The notes beneath the pieces were generated by a model that saw only the letters and a list, made by a program, of their open reading frames with translations, did not search any database and was not told the DNA's origin. Source: Chrysomallon squamiferum (taxonomy: Eukaryota > Animalia > Mollusca). From it: a DNA stretch of 64,000 nucleotides. Position numbers and translations under genes: made by a program. This document shows positions 1 through 16,194 of the stretch, one piece after another (positions within the stretch are counted from its first letter, which is position 1; each line of letters opens with the position of its first letter). The stretch spans positions 30,814,001 to 30,878,000 of the forward strand of contig CM022670.1 in NCBI GenBank assembly GCA_012295275.1. The letters are read 5' to 3'.

Positions 1-464
1 TTCTTTCGTTATTACGGTGGTATACGTCTGAAGAAAACGGCCATTCGTGCAAGAAGAATGTCTTAATTAATCTGGGTGTCTTCTAATTAACTGACAATGT
101 TTGAGTGTGTATCAGTGTTTATAATATATTTAAATTCTTGGTGGTTTTTGAATAGTTGTAAAAGAAATAATTAAAAACAGTTTATTTGTGTTTCTTATGA
201 CAGTCTGTAACATGGCAAATTTTGTGTGTGCTGTGCCACGAATCAACGATTTCACAATGGTGAAATCATTTGTATTGAAATACATCATTTTCTTTAAGAT
301 TATTCCAGTACAAAATCAAAATTCAAGAACTACCTCTAGTCCTGATCGAATCTGACTAGCGCAATTGTTTAACTTATTAAAACAAACATCTCAAAATTTC
401 ATAACCAATTTCTATGTTGTTATTGTTGTTGTAGTTATTATTATTAATATTTAGCTCTTTTGAC

Positions 465-690
465 ATTTGTATATGTACGTATACACACATACATACATAC
501 ATAAATACATTGATAAACATCTACAAACAAGTATACATACAGAAACATATACAAACATATATACAATGAAAAAGATATATATGCATGCATATATATATAC
601 ACACACACATACATACATATATACATATATACATACAAATATACACATATACACATATACATATATATATATACATATAACATATAAAAA
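465..690. repeat. Compound (TA)/(CA)/(TACA)n microsatellite
   Basis: Directly visible. Confidence 0.9.
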
Positions 691-3600
691 CAATCATTAT
701 CATTTACGTGTACTTTCAATAGTGTTAAGTCGACAGTTTTATTGCTCTTGTTATTTGTTGGGCAAAGCAAAACTAATATATATTATTCCAATACTCTGGG
801 GAGCAACATTTCATGTATAACGCAGTGACATTAGTATTGTTTTTTAAAAAAGCTTAATAGGATTTTGTTCGTGTTAATGTTACAGCAGTGCTATCGGTCG
901 CCAGTGGAGAGGACGCTGCGCCCAATGCCTGGATCAACCACGGATACATTTTTATTTACAAAAACAATAAATAAATACAAACAAAAAAAAAATAAAAATT
1001 AACAAAAGATTCTATATCGTGAACTGTTATGTGATTTTAAAAGTTTTCCTGCTTTTTGTCCTTTTTTATTTAATATAATTTATAATTATTTTTAACTGTT
1101 TTTCTTCATTTGTATAGAAAAGATCAAAATCATGTAGAGATACGACATGTCTCAGATACTTGACTTAATAAGTATTGCCATACACTATTCGTTAAAATCA
1201 AAAATCTATTTTAGATAAAAAAAAAAATAATTTCCAATTTCTAGGTCTAATTAGCTGAAAGAGAAGATGTGAAAATAAAGGAATTACTTATTCGCTCAAA
1301 ACAAAACTATAGTTATTCCTGTCATTATCCAGAAAGACTAACGGGTTCAGTTCATTTGTCCGAGATAAAAATAAAAAAATGCTTCAAAATGAATCTTTAA
1401 TTCTCGTCTGTTCTGTCTCTCAGAAAGTCCGGTTCGTGCATCATAGCGACTGGCGCACGTTCCGTTAAGAAAGAAAAACAATTTAGTCGCTGTCGCAACC
1501 ACCTGATGACAAGGTACAAACAGCCACAAGTTCATTTCCAGAGGCTTGCTTTGAATCAATTTGTATGGTACATCATTTAGAGAGTCCAGCCGGTTCAAAT
1601 CCAGTTGAGTCGGCGTAATACAGGATCTAATCTGCGGACTCTGCGAGACATACCGATTTTGGATTACTGATTCCGTTAGTTTCATTCAGCGAGGCATCGT
1701 GAATAAATTGTGAAATAAAATAACAGTTTTTCTATTGCATTGCTTGTGAGCAAGATATATTTTATAAAAAATATTTTGTTAAATGGCTCAGACGACAAAC
1801 TGATCTTGCGAATGTGGAGAGAATTATGTAATATGGTTTTTCTTTAATGAGAGAGAGAGAGAATTTGTAAGAAGGAGAGGCATGGTTGTATGTTCAATAT
1901 ATATATGTATATATAATTTTGACATTGGTACATGTATTAGAATTGTATAAACTTCTACTGTATGTATGTTTAAATTACTTCTCTTATCTAAATGTAATTT
2001 TAAGATTATTGTTAGTATTATGTATCCGCATATTTATTTTTAAAGCTTAATATTAGAGCACTTTAAAGCTAATGTTATCCGTGATATCTCTATCAGGTTT
2101 ACTTCAGCCGAGAACAGAGCAAGTTTCATTTAATATTTAACAGAATATTTGTATATATCCCATAAGCCCTTTGTTGCTACAGTGACAGTGTATCTTTTGA
2201 AAAATATTTTCTTATTTGTCAAATGACTCGTTAATGAACAATTATCGATCAACAGTATACATGTATGCTACGTGTTTTTGTTCCTTAATAGTTCTATTGA
2301 TTTTGTACGTAGGCAAAAATCTCTATTTTACAATTGAAAAATAAAAGGATCAAGGCGACCACTCTGCTTCCTGACAAGGTGTAAATATTCTAAAAACAGA
2401 TACTGACAGACATTTGTTCATACTGGAACCATGCTGGCCAGCTAAGATATTTCTGTAACATGTTATAATCAACTTTGTTAGATGTAAAACATATAATGAT
2501 TTTTCGCAAATATTCATTAATCCCTAAGGTTTAATCTATAATATAGCATAGTTTATTAGCCTAACTACATGGCTCATAACAAGACAATACTATTATGACA
2601 ATGTTTGGTAATGATGTTATTTTATAGAACCAATAAATGTGCAAACGAAAATATTTTTCTATTTTACCGCTGTTATGTGTGTTCGTGTGTGTGTGTGTGC
2701 ATGTGTGTATGTGAGCGAGAGACAGACAGACAGTCAGACACACAGAAAGATAGATATATAATACATTCAGACACACATACACATATTGATATATAAAGAG
2801 ACACACATGCAAATATACATACATACATATACATACATACATACATACATACACACATACATACAGAGAGAATCTGTATGTATGTGTGTATCTAACATAT
2901 CGTATATCATATATAGCTCCCGTATCAGTCTAAAGTACATTAGCTTCATGAAGATTTTATGAATGGATCACCTTTTTCATTCCCTCACGGTTTTTGCCAG
3001 TAAGCGTACGCTGCGTTATCCGCTATCAGTTTATAAGTTTTCCACTTGATCAAACGCAGGTTTATTCAACTGAGTGCCAAATGCATTAGCCATACCGCCG
3101 GATGAATCTCACGGGAAATATTATTTGCCGATACGTATGTCTTTTCTAATGAATTATTACATGGCGCCCCCAATTATTTGGACGGACGGAGACAGGGGAT
3201 GTTTATGGGTTGGCGTTTGATATAGCGATATCTAGAAATATTACTTTATGGTTTTGTAATACAAATGTCATTGATATTTCTGGGTTTCATTTTACATTTT
3301 ATTTTTATTTTTTTTATTCATTGGTATTTTTATTTTTTTATTCATTTGTATTTTTATATTAGTGTAAGTTATAATTGGTCTTATGAATCGCATGGTTAAA
3401 AAGTCATTTATTAACTACAGATAACTAGTATTCAGTTTCGATATTGAAATCTATGATAGTGGTCTTCACGTTTGTTATACGATGACAAATGATTAATTTT
3501 ATTAGTGGTGAAAATTAAATTTTCTTAATATACTGAAGTTTCAATGTCTTAAATTTTCGTATGTGTTGATTCTTTAGAATATTCTGTTGTTGTTGAAGAC

Positions 3601-4884
3601 GATGATGATGTCGTTGTTATTGTTATCATCATCATCATGTATAAAACCAACAAACAAATAAAAGTGTGTGTCGCACCTGTGCATCTGGAAAAAATAGATT
3701 TATTATGTATCTGTGTGTGTATATGTGTGAGAGTGTGTGGATAGGTGTTTGTGTATGTGTGTGTGTGTGTGTGTGTCTACAGGGGCGTGATGTATTGTAT
3801 AGGAGAATATAAGTGACGGTGATACTATCATATAACCTTAGGAAAAAACTGATTTCGGTAAATTACACATAAATGAAGTTACATCATGGTTTTAATACAT
3901 GTTTCAATTTCCTAATAAATATTAATTTCACAGTGACCTGCCTCAAACACTTTATTTTTTATGCATTGCAGTACTTATGTATAAACAGACAACAGATAAC
4001 AGTGATTTAGTAAAAATGAAAATAAGAGACGCTTTCTTCATGGTGAGTTCTAGATGAAGCAAACAGACAAAGTGTAGCATTAATTAAGAAACAAATATAC
4101 GAATTCTCACAAAAATGGTTCCCTTAAATCTCTATCGAAAATAACAGCGGTTTATCATTTTTTTTTTTTTTTTTTTTTTAAATTGGAATTCTTTTCTTCA
4201 TTTGATTTTGCACTTTTCACGAATCTTAGAATGACACATGTATAATAATTATGTAAAATTCCATTTCAAATTAAGTATTCATAAAAACAAAAGAATATAA
4301 TAATAAGAAGAAGAAACGAAATAAAATACAATGATTTTGAAACATACGGAAATACAAACTGTAATATGAATGTGAAACAAAAACAATTCGGGTAATAGTC
4401 AAATTTGTTAAATCCTTTTATTTTAGTTGGCTTTTTTTTTATTTTTGTCTATTTTCCATTTTTCTCTTTTGTTATTTTAACTTCGCATATCCTTTTTGTA
4501 TCTCTGTTTACAATAATAATAGATGTATTATGGTAAGAAGAGGGGTAAAAATAAGAACAAAAAAAGCATCTATTTAATTAAATAACCAGATCTGTGTGAT
4601 TTCTCACTGTTTTTCTATGTCATAAAGAGGATATTGCATTCAATGTTAAATTGAGTCACAGATTAGTTCATAAAAACAGCGGAGCCACCTAAACAGAAAA
4701 CGTTCTAGAGAAATATATTCTAGTTGGTAGAAAAATTAATTCCTGTGTGAATTCTTCCTTCAAAATTAAAAAAAGAAAAGTTTATACAGAAAAGAACTAA
4801 ATGGTCTTTCATATGGAGCTTCTTTCTGAAATTGTTCGTTTTCATTACAATAAACAAGAATTTGGTGCAGGTGCGTATACAAAT

Positions 4885-4914
4885 ATGTACAGTGTGTGTG
4901 TGTGTGTGTGTGTT

Positions 4915-4958
<44 letters not shown>

Positions 4959-5143
4959 TGTATGTTTCTCACTATGCCAAACTGTGTTAATGTCTACATA
5001 AGTTAATATGCCTAGGTGCCTATGAATGTACGTATATATGTATATATGTATGTGTATATGTTTGTATGTATATATGCGTATTATGTACATGTGTGTGTAT
5101 CTTTGTATCTACGTATGTGTGTATATGTATGTGTGAGTGTATG

Positions 5144-5190
<47 letters not shown>
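4885..5190. repeat. Compound (TG)n/(TATG)n microsatellite
   Basis: Directly visible. Confidence 0.92.
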
Positions 5191-5191
<1 letters not shown>

Positions 5192-6228
5192 CAGCATATA
5201 TATTTGATGGAATATATTTTATTATGGTAGAAATTACACAGATGGAGGAAGACGAGTTATGAATTTTGCCTAGAGGCTATATTTTTTATTCTTCATCATT
5301 AAGATGGCTCTTCAAAAAAAAGAAATATGTAAACATATTTAGAAATAGTATGTTGTGTGCTGTTTATATTGTTTGCCTTCATTTTTAGTGTTTATTTGCG
5401 TTTAATCTTTTTTCTTTATTTCTTTCTTTTTTCTTTTCTTCTATTCGTGATTATTAACAATAATGTTTTTATTACTTTTATTGGAACTTAATATAATTAA
5501 TCTATAGCATTTTTATCATTTTAATTCTTCGATATTCTTTATACAGGCTAAATCTAACAAATACGTATATCCGGACCTTGTGGCAACAGAAAAAGCATCT
5601 GAACAATAGAAACAAGAATAAAATAAAACTGTAACAGCAAGAAACAACAACGATAACAATAATGAATAAACTCATAACCCTAAACCTAAATTAAAGTGAA
5701 GAAAGGTTTTTTTCAACTGACAGAAACACAACTAATGAACACTGTGAAAAACACTGAGAGCAAATGAAGCAAATAACTAATTTATTAACAATTTGCGTTA
5801 TCTAGTTATTAATGCTACAAGACTAAGCTGATGTGTGAATGCCATACCAATACAGTTAGTAACATTAATTATAGACAATTTTACCTGAAAGTTATTTCAT
5901 TTATAAATATGGTTTATTACTTTTAAGTCTTACAAGTTTGTAACTTATTCATTATTTATATAATTTAATATTTAATCTTCTTTCTGTAAAATTAAATTAG
6001 TTTATATAATAGTTGAAATTTTTTCATTCAATTTTTAAAATATATAAATAAATTTATAAAGACTCTCAAAAACAAAAGCAACAAAATATATATTTAATGA
6101 TACAGTTTTTTACATGGAAAATAATTAGTATTATTGTAGCTAAAGTATGGTTTAATTCACAGCAAATTATTTTAGAGACATTTCATGTTGTAGTTTCAAA
6201 TTTATTAAAAACATAATTTATTAAATTA

Positions 6229-6288
<60 letters not shown>

Positions 6289-6330
6289 AAGAAGAAGAAG
6301 AATATAATAATAATAATATAATAATAATAA
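6229..6330. repeat. (TAA)n-(GAA)n-(TAA)n compound trinucleotide repeat
   Basis: Directly visible. Confidence 0.95.
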
Positions 6331-7428
6331 AATTGCAGGTACTGTTCAGGTTTGGTTTGCAGTTAAAAATAATGATCCTAAGATCCTATGTTTTTATTTA
6401 TCTCACAGACATACTTTATACGTCTTTGTAGATAAACCACCATAGTTCTTATTCTCCGTCTACATCTGATGTAAGTCACCTAGTAAATAACAAAATTCAG
6501 TTTAATTATTACTTGTTATTTTATGAATACCCAGTTCGGTCATTCACGTTTTGATGCTAATTAAATCATACACGATTTGATCTGGATTCCAAATATAATT
6601 TTGTTTTCCTTAATTTCCCTCACTAACTGTTTGAGTCTTCAGCCTGTGTTCATACTGGTCTTGTCTTGTGTCTGCTGTTGTCATTCTTTTAGATGTTGTC
6701 GAAATCTGAACACGATTCCCCCACGAGCGAAATGGTTTCTTGTTTACCATTTGAAAACAACTAAATATCGTTGGTAGGGTTTTTTTTTTGTTTTTTTTTT
6801 TTTTTTTTTTTCTTTTTTTAATTATTTATTGTTTTTCTTGAGGGGGGGGGTCTCAAATGATATTATGTTATTGTTTTTTTCCTGTCATTTCAGAACTTCA
6901 ACTGGCAGCACAGATCCTAGATTCTAGTGAGTTTTCTACTACTTCAGCCTCTGGGGAAGGTTGTTCGTCTGGCCCATTACACAATAAGCATCGTTTGTTG
7001 TGTAGCCACAAGTGGTTGCATGCGATGCCTCCGGCGTCTGCATTTTTCCATTGACGCATCATGCTTGCAGACAATGCAGCCGTGTCAATGAGGCGAATAA
7101 AAGACTAGAATTTCTTAAAGCAAACAATGTATACATGAATGTAATGTATGTTTTTCTCAATAGTTAGGAACAAAATTATTAATATTTTATTATTTTTTCA
7201 ATAGTTAAAGAAAAAACTGTGTTTTTGTCCTAAAAATTCTTTAAGTGCATTCTCTGTCTCCGTGTCTGTATGTATTTCTATATGTTTGTCTGTTTCTCAA
7301 GTTTTCCACTTATTTCTCATTCCTTCCTATCTCGTTCGTACAAGAAAACTTACCATCTTCACAACTCGCGCATTGGATGCGCATCTTTCATTGTCGAGCT
7401 TTCTGTCTCTCTGTGAGTGTATAAATAT

Positions 7429-7468
<40 letters not shown>

Positions 7469-8234
7469 GTAGGTAGGTAGGTAGGTAGTTAATAGACTCG
7501 TGTAGTCTTCCATTTCATTGGACCTATCTTAATTTTCTTTTTATTTTTGTGCCTTCCTTAAAGCTACCTTTACGTGAATATATGTGTTTCGTTTCAAAAG
7601 ATATATATCTTTAGAAGGCTTCAGCATTTTTTTTTTCTTTTGTGCCTCCTTTGATAACTTTATATTAAAAAATGCTAAGTTACAAGGAATATCAAATATC
7701 TTTTGACATAAGCTAATCTGCTTTTTTCTTTAAGTATACTAAAAGTAATTCCACTGTCAAAATGCTAAGTGTCAAAGTATATTTAAAATTTTAAGACGTG
7801 CTAGGGGCTAGTGGTTAATGGAACTTCTAATAAGCTTGTAGTTTATTTGGTATCATAATTAGCATTCTTTTTATTTGACCCATATTTACTTTTCAATGTA
7901 AAACAGATACGACTAATAGCTGAAAATTACAGCCAAAATGTATCCATCTTCCTATATAGCTTTTCTTCACAAAAAAAAAAACTAAAATGAAATTTTGAAA
8001 TTGTGACATATGCTATATTAAAATATCTAAATCACACAGCTAACAAACAGAGAAACGATAGAGAAATAAAAATAAAATCAGCGTGTTTTATACAAAATAA
8101 ACAATTTATAACATTTCTTTCTCTCCGCACACTACGTGTCCACTCCTTATTTTATGTTTATAACGAAACTCAGTTAACGTTGAAAAGCCAAGCCAGTGAC
8201 GAAGCCCATCCCGTTTTGATATTCGTGTCCTTCT

Positions 8235-8520
8235 CTGTTGCTGCTACAACAACAACAGCTACTACTACTACTACTTGTACTATTACTGCTGCTGCTGTTG
8301 TTGTCGCTAATATTACTATTTTTTTCTACCATTACTTGAACGTCTGCTACTACTACTACTAGTACCATTACTATTATTACTGTTGTTGCTGCTATTACTA
8401 CTACCGTTAGTACTAAAACTATTACTGTTATTATTATTGCTACTGCTGCTGCTATTATAATATTATTTGTACTACTTTTAATACTAGTGTGACAATGTGA
8501 TCTTATATTATTATTATTTA
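8235..8520. repeat. Degenerate trinucleotide tract (ACT/GCT/ATT/GTT)n
   Basis: Period-3 low-complexity tract. Confidence 0.85.
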
Positions 8521-11499
8521 CAATATTTTTCACTATAATATTTTCAGTGAACTTAAAAATAAATAAAGGACTGAATTCAAATACAAAGCTATGATTTATT
8601 TTTGTTTTGTACAAAAATGGAAGAAAATGCCGCCTAGACAACGACAGTAATTTTTCACTATTTAACATTAAATTTAAGAAAAAAATTTTAAGACAAACAA
8701 CTGACATTTTATAAGAATATTATTACACATAAATAAATAAAAATAAAAATATGTCTGAGACGAAAAGGTCATTGACCACTAAGAAATATGTAAGATTTGT
8801 CGTAAATGGCGTATATCAACAGTGAGGGGATAAAAAAAACAAAAACAGCATCTCAAAAAACACGAAATTAAGAACTGGAGTGTGTTGAATTTCTTTATTT
8901 AGAATACTAACGAAACGAAGTTATATGTCAAACAACAGAAAAAAGTTATGAATATCATATAATATACAACTACAAAAAAATATCGTAGTGAATGTCAAGA
9001 ATATTTCTGAATTATAATTTTTTTTTTTTTTTTTACCTCTAATGGGCATTTTAAAATACTGGTTACATTTCATATATTTACTTTCAATATATAAGGTTAC
9101 AAATAATTCAGATTGAAAATATTGGAAATTGTGATGAAAGTGATTTTAAGCTGTAAAGCTGATATTGTATTTCAGATACAGATTATTATCAATATAGAAA
9201 AAGAAGTTATTTTTAGACATTTATTATATATCGTTGTTTTTTTGTTTTTTGTTGCCCATAAGAAAGGAAATACAGAATAAGCATGACAACTGACTAAACT
9301 GACTTTCAGAACAAAGCAATTCCTGTAATAAATATAATCTAAACAAATATCTAATCAAACAGCTAACCAACAAACCAAACACATAAGAAACAAAACCAAT
9401 AATAAACAAACAAACAATCAAATAAATAAATAAATAAATACTTTCAAAATCCAGCATACTCTTACAGAATTTAAAAGTAAATTGTTCTACACAAACCGAA
9501 TGCACACATAATTATAACAGACTTTCAATTTACAATGCAGCCTATACAATTTTAGTCTAAAATAAAAATGAAAAATACAGAAAACAATCTTATACTGGGT
9601 GTTTCTTTTGTTTTTGCTACGTATTCATAAGACTGGCGTGTTTCTAGATAAGAATTGAAACTTTGATATTGAATGCACGTAAAATGTGTTTCCAAAACTC
9701 TAAGCTATAACATCTCTTATCAGTAAGTAAAACATAAATGTATTTAACAGTTCTTAGGTTATAGGCCGTCAGCTGGATAAACATAAAATACAATCATAAA
9801 GCTAATACTAATACGTATGTATTGTGTGTGTGTGTGTGTGTTTAAGAATTAAAAACTATTATATATATTAAATCTTTTTTTTTTTTTTTTTCTTTCTTTC
9901 TTTCTTTCTTTATTTTTTTTTTTTTTTTTTATTATTATTAAATCTATAGTACCGATTTATCCAATTTTAAATATTTAACTTTACCATTTTTGTAAATAAA
10001 ACTTTGGGTAGTATTTGTTTTCATATGAGTTATATGTAACTGTAATGGTTCGCTATATTTTTCAAATTCATTTTCGGTTTCTAACGATCACCAGATCTTT
10101 AACTGTTTATTTTAAAGCTTGTATAACTTATATAACAAAATTAACAATGCTTATGCAATAGCTTTCATTTCCTATTAAAGTTTGTTATTTTACCCCCAAT
10201 CCTCACCGGAGATGTCTTTAAACTTTCTCGGAACAAGTTGGGTAGCGCCAACTGATAGTCCACAACTTGAACACACCGGAACTTTAAGTCAAGTTTGAAC
10301 CTCATATTATCAGTCAAGGCATGCGTCTAATGAAACTTGCTCAAATGAGCTCTAGTCATGTCCTCCGAGATACCATCGATCTAGCATAAGAATCACTGGC
10401 TGGCTTAAACGAGGAATTAACCTGCAAGTAAATTATTTCGTCACAGGAATCTCTGGACTCTTTGAACTTTATTAATTTTGTCTAGAAAAAGAATCTTTGA
10501 CAGGGCTGTGTTGTAATAAGATAACACGTTGAAAAGAAACTTATTGGAATATGTTTTATTGGCTCCCTCTCTTATTTCTCTCTTTTTTTTTCTTCTCTTT
10601 AAATAATTATTTTTAAATTATTTATTTTTATTTTTTTAGAATTATTATTATTTTTTCATTTCTTTTACATATATATATAGCGTGTGGGTGTCTTATTTTT
10701 TTATTTATTTTTTTATTTATTTATTATTATTTATTAAACTCTTTCTCTTTTTATTTCTTGCATTTTAGTTGTATATTACCGCAGAAAATAAAAACCGCAA
10801 CATTAAAAATTAAGAATGTAGCACTGCGGAATCAAACGCGTACCCATAATGCCGTGCTTGCCCAAAGGAAAAAGCTTTGTTGATAATTTCCTCGCCAAAT
10901 GACGGCGTTCCTCATTTGCCAACTTTTATTTACGAATCGTAGAAACATGCAACATAAAATTTTGTAATGGTTTAAATGGCTCAGTGTAAAGTTCAAGTGG
11001 ATTTACAGATCTGAAATCAGAATTGCAGGCCGTGTTTTGTTTTGTTGTTTCTTTTTTGTGTTTTTTTTTTTTTTTTTTTAAATTTAAATAATTTTTTAAA
11101 AGAATTTGTTTAACAATTAGTGAAGGTATATTATTTATTATTAGCAGTAGTAGTAATAGTAGTGGTAGTTGCTGTTTGCAGTATTATAATCATTATAGTT
11201 GCATATATGTGTACGAATCGTTTGGAATCAGTGATAGCATAAGTTTAAACAAAAATATGTCATATAAATTAAATAAAGAATGTAGAAAGATTTTTCAAAC
11301 TGATCGCCATCTTAATAGTAAAGTATGCTTTTGTTACGTTTCAATAAGCTATATATGGCACACCGATATAAGCGCTTATGTCGGTACGCCCATAATATAT
11401 ATAAATCTAAACGAATAACCGACATTTTGATCAAAATTTAATTCTGGCAAAAAAGGAATCTGTATCGTGAACCACCGTCAAAACTGTTATCTGTGATCA

Positions 11500-12396
<897 letters not shown>

Positions 12397-13883
12397 ATGA
12401 GTTTTTTTAATGCTTTTTATTATTATTATTTATCAGTTATTTATTAAAATTTGAACAGGTACCATTCATTTTCTTTCAAATTAACTGTGTTTGGTATCAC
12501 TTTAGCTTTGACTTGGAAACTTTGAATAGTTTTACGAAGAGAAATACTTAATTTCTTGAAAACCATAATGTGTATATCTTCTGTAATATTAATGTAGATC
12601 AATCCTCTATTTGTCAAAAAATAAAAAAATAAAAACAATATTAAAAACCAGATAAAACATAAATAATTATAACCTCAGTGAAAGTAATCAGTACCTGAGT
12701 CTGTTACATATTATTTGACGTTAGTCTTCTTTGATTCATTAGTGCATGTGCACCATGGCAGATTTTGACCCAGAATTAATAATACTTTTCGCAAATGTTT
12801 ACTTCATAATAAAAATAATTTTGGGCTACTTTCACATATCATATTTAACAAATAATTTAGCTTCTCGCTTTTTTATTTAAAGATACATTTCTTCTATTAC
12901 ATATGTAGAAAGTAGCGAAAAGGCATGGTATCAACAGACAGAAATGAGTGAACCAGGCAGACACAGTAATATTTAAAAATTTGTATTATGTTTGTAAGTA
13001 CTTAGACTAAAATTCGGGAATATTTTATTTGCATTCTTTTTTTTAAAATCAAGAATAAATTTAGCATATGTTCGCATGCCTAATAGAGATATATTTGAAC
13101 TAGTTATAAATGTTGAGTCTTTAAAATACGTAGGGCCACTACCCGATAGAAAATATATATAAAATTACTAAAAAGAGTGCATCATTTAGCCAAAATAACT
13201 TCAACCATTGTTGTAAATACTCTACTCTGTTTTTGTATTAAAATGTTTATTATTCTTATAATGCCAAAGGCTTCTTAATGACAATGCACATCTAATATAC
13301 AAATTATTATCAAAATGTCTTTTCGTTTAACTAACATCAAAATTCTACTTCAATTTTGTATACGTTAGAACCTTTTAAATATCATTTTAAAATTGTTCCA
13401 GTGTGTAGACTGAAGTGTTTGGGTATATTGAAAACAGTTGATTTCGAAAAGCATCGACAGGATGATTGAGGTTATAAGCATTATGCTTATATATCTTTAT
13501 GTAAATAGTTTGAAAAATATGAATACTTAAATTCTATTTTAAACATTTGTATTTCAAATTCAGCTTGCTATTGACACAAAAAAGTATTATGTCATTTCAT
13601 ATACGTTTGAATATAATGTTATACAAACATATACATACATACACACACGCACCCATCTATATATAATTATAGAGGATATAAAGAGTAAAATAAAATTTTA
13701 TTGGATTTAAAATATTTTTATTTAGTTACAAATATATTATTTGTTAATTATTATTAGTTTTAATTTAATTTATTTAATTAATTAATTTATTTGTTTGTTT
13801 GTTTTTAATCTCTCTTTTCTGTAATTTTCTTCTATTTCATTGTTTTATTTTTTTCCATAATCATTCTTAGCTTATTTTAGTAT

Positions 13884-13938
<55 letters not shown>

Positions 13939-13996
13939 TGCACACATACATACACACATACATACATATTTATATATATATATAAATACATACATA

Positions 13997-14027
<31 letters not shown>

Positions 14028-15089
14028 TCATCTTTTGTTTTTTCTATTTTTTATTCTCTCACACGCTTTTTCTGCATATTAATTTAACTGGATATCAACA
14101 GAATGTAATGAATTTGCCTTGCTTTGCCATATATTATTATCTTCCTGAATCGAAATCAATATTGTTTGAATAATTTAAGGCAAAAGTTTCAACTGTCACT
14201 GCCAATGTCGTTCAACGTTGGACTAGGATATTTATCACAAGTCGAAAAACCTTAAGCGGTTTATTAAAGCCGACATTTTCTGCGTGTCGGTCTGTTTTTG
14301 TTCTTCTAATACGTTTACGGGGACAAGGCTAATGAATAATTCATAAACGTGATCGTCAGCCATTGAAACTGTGTACTGCAGTTTCATGTAGCTTAAACAT
14401 AAACACTTGATTCACTTTGTGAACACGAGGTTGTTTTTATTTTACTTTATTATTTATTTATTTTTTATTTTTATTTTTATTTTTTTCTGTTATATCTTTT
14501 CTAAATGAATATAAGTCAAATAAATTTAATGATAGCAAGTTCAATTTGTTTTTTGTTGGTTTTTGTTGGGGTTTACGGGGGGGGTAATAACTTTTACTGT
14601 TTTAGTTTCTTATTTTAAGTCAATAATATATAATTTATTAATTTATATATAATAAAAAGAAGTAAATAGAAGTAATTAAAACTAAACACATACTTAAATA
14701 AGAAGGCTGTTGCAAAATGCAAGTCACCTGGATCGCATCCTGCATCCTGTTAAAATATACAAAGTACAACTATCTGTGTTTCTATCTATCTGTCTATCTA
14801 ATCTATTTATATATATTTCTGTGGTGTGTTTGTGTATATACATGCCTTCTATGTATGTGTGTGTGTGTTTATGTGTTTGAATGTGCGTGTTTGTAAGCCT
14901 GTCTATATTTACAAAAACTAAAATACAAGTACTAACAATCCAGAACCTTTTTCACCTAAAATATATTTATCAAGTATAAATAATAATAAATAACTGAAAA
15001 CTATATTTGAGTTAATTTGTGTTTAAAATATATAACAAAGTAATTTGTTAACAATACATTAATAAACATTTGTATAGTTCTTCTTTGTG

Positions 15090-15120
<31 letters not shown>

Positions 15121-16038
15121 AGATGTCTATTTGTTTGGGTATGTGTGCTTGTTGGTACGCATGTATATGTAATACAGTATGAATGTAGGTACCTGTCTGC
15201 TTATAATTTACATTTTCTTTACATTGCATTTAATAGTTTTTAAAAAACTGATACATATATAAACTATCTGACTCTTTTGTTATTTGTTTACAAACAAAAA
15301 CAGCAACAAAAAAACACCCGGCTAAATAACAACAAACAATACAAACTTTTATAAAGGATTCTACGAATCAGTTGGCTTAATTTTGGATTCTTCGACCACA
15401 ACACTGTCACTTTATTCATACTGATACTATAACTGATCTCGTTGTTTTCAGTTTCTACATTCATCTGTCCATCCATACATCAACGCAGTCATTCAACACG
15501 GCGTTAGTAACAAACTGAAAAGAAGAAATCACTATTCAATTCAGAGAAAATGAGATAAATATATCAAAGAATAAAAACAGATAATATATATTCAAACATA
15601 TCGTTTGACGATATTTTCACATTTATGATTATTTTCAGTCTTGGGGTGGGAAACGTATGATTTTTGTTTTTAAATGATTGTATGATAGATACTACTCATT
15701 GCGATAGCTAATTGGGCTAATAGGTTAGCAGCAAGTTTTCTTTTTTAAGCATCTTCACGTTGTAAGAAAACATGTACAATGGTTTACAAAGAATATAAAA
15801 ACGTATAATGAATGTTAGAATATATTGTTTGACAACATTTTTACATATTTAATTATTTACAGTTTTGGAGTGGGAAATATATTTAATATACATAAAACAG
15901 TTTAACTTTTTCACTTATGCATGTTACTGTGAAAAAAAAAAAAAGACAAAAAAAACACCTCTTCAGTTATTCAAAGAATAATAGTTTCTTTTGGAGGAAA
16001 TGATTTCATTCTTTATACATTTAGATTTGCAGTCGTCA

Positions 16039-16108
<70 letters not shown>

Positions 16109-16194
16109 CTCTCTGTCTCTCTCTCACACAGCTAAAATTTGTTTTTAAAAGCACTCTGTTAAGCTGTTGACATTTCAAAAAAGGAAGAAACAGA

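Noticed and set aside
1347-1685. 112-aa minus-strand ORF in a GC-richer island
   Set aside because: No recognisable motif; better explained as a non-coding island.
8174-8707. Longest ORF in the track (177 aa) with a hydrophobic stretch
   Set aside because: Arises from a degenerate trinucleotide tract; no recognisable homology or splice context.
15585-15885. Old direct duplication of about 65 bp (15598 and 15820)
   Set aside because: Diverged local duplication with no functional clue.
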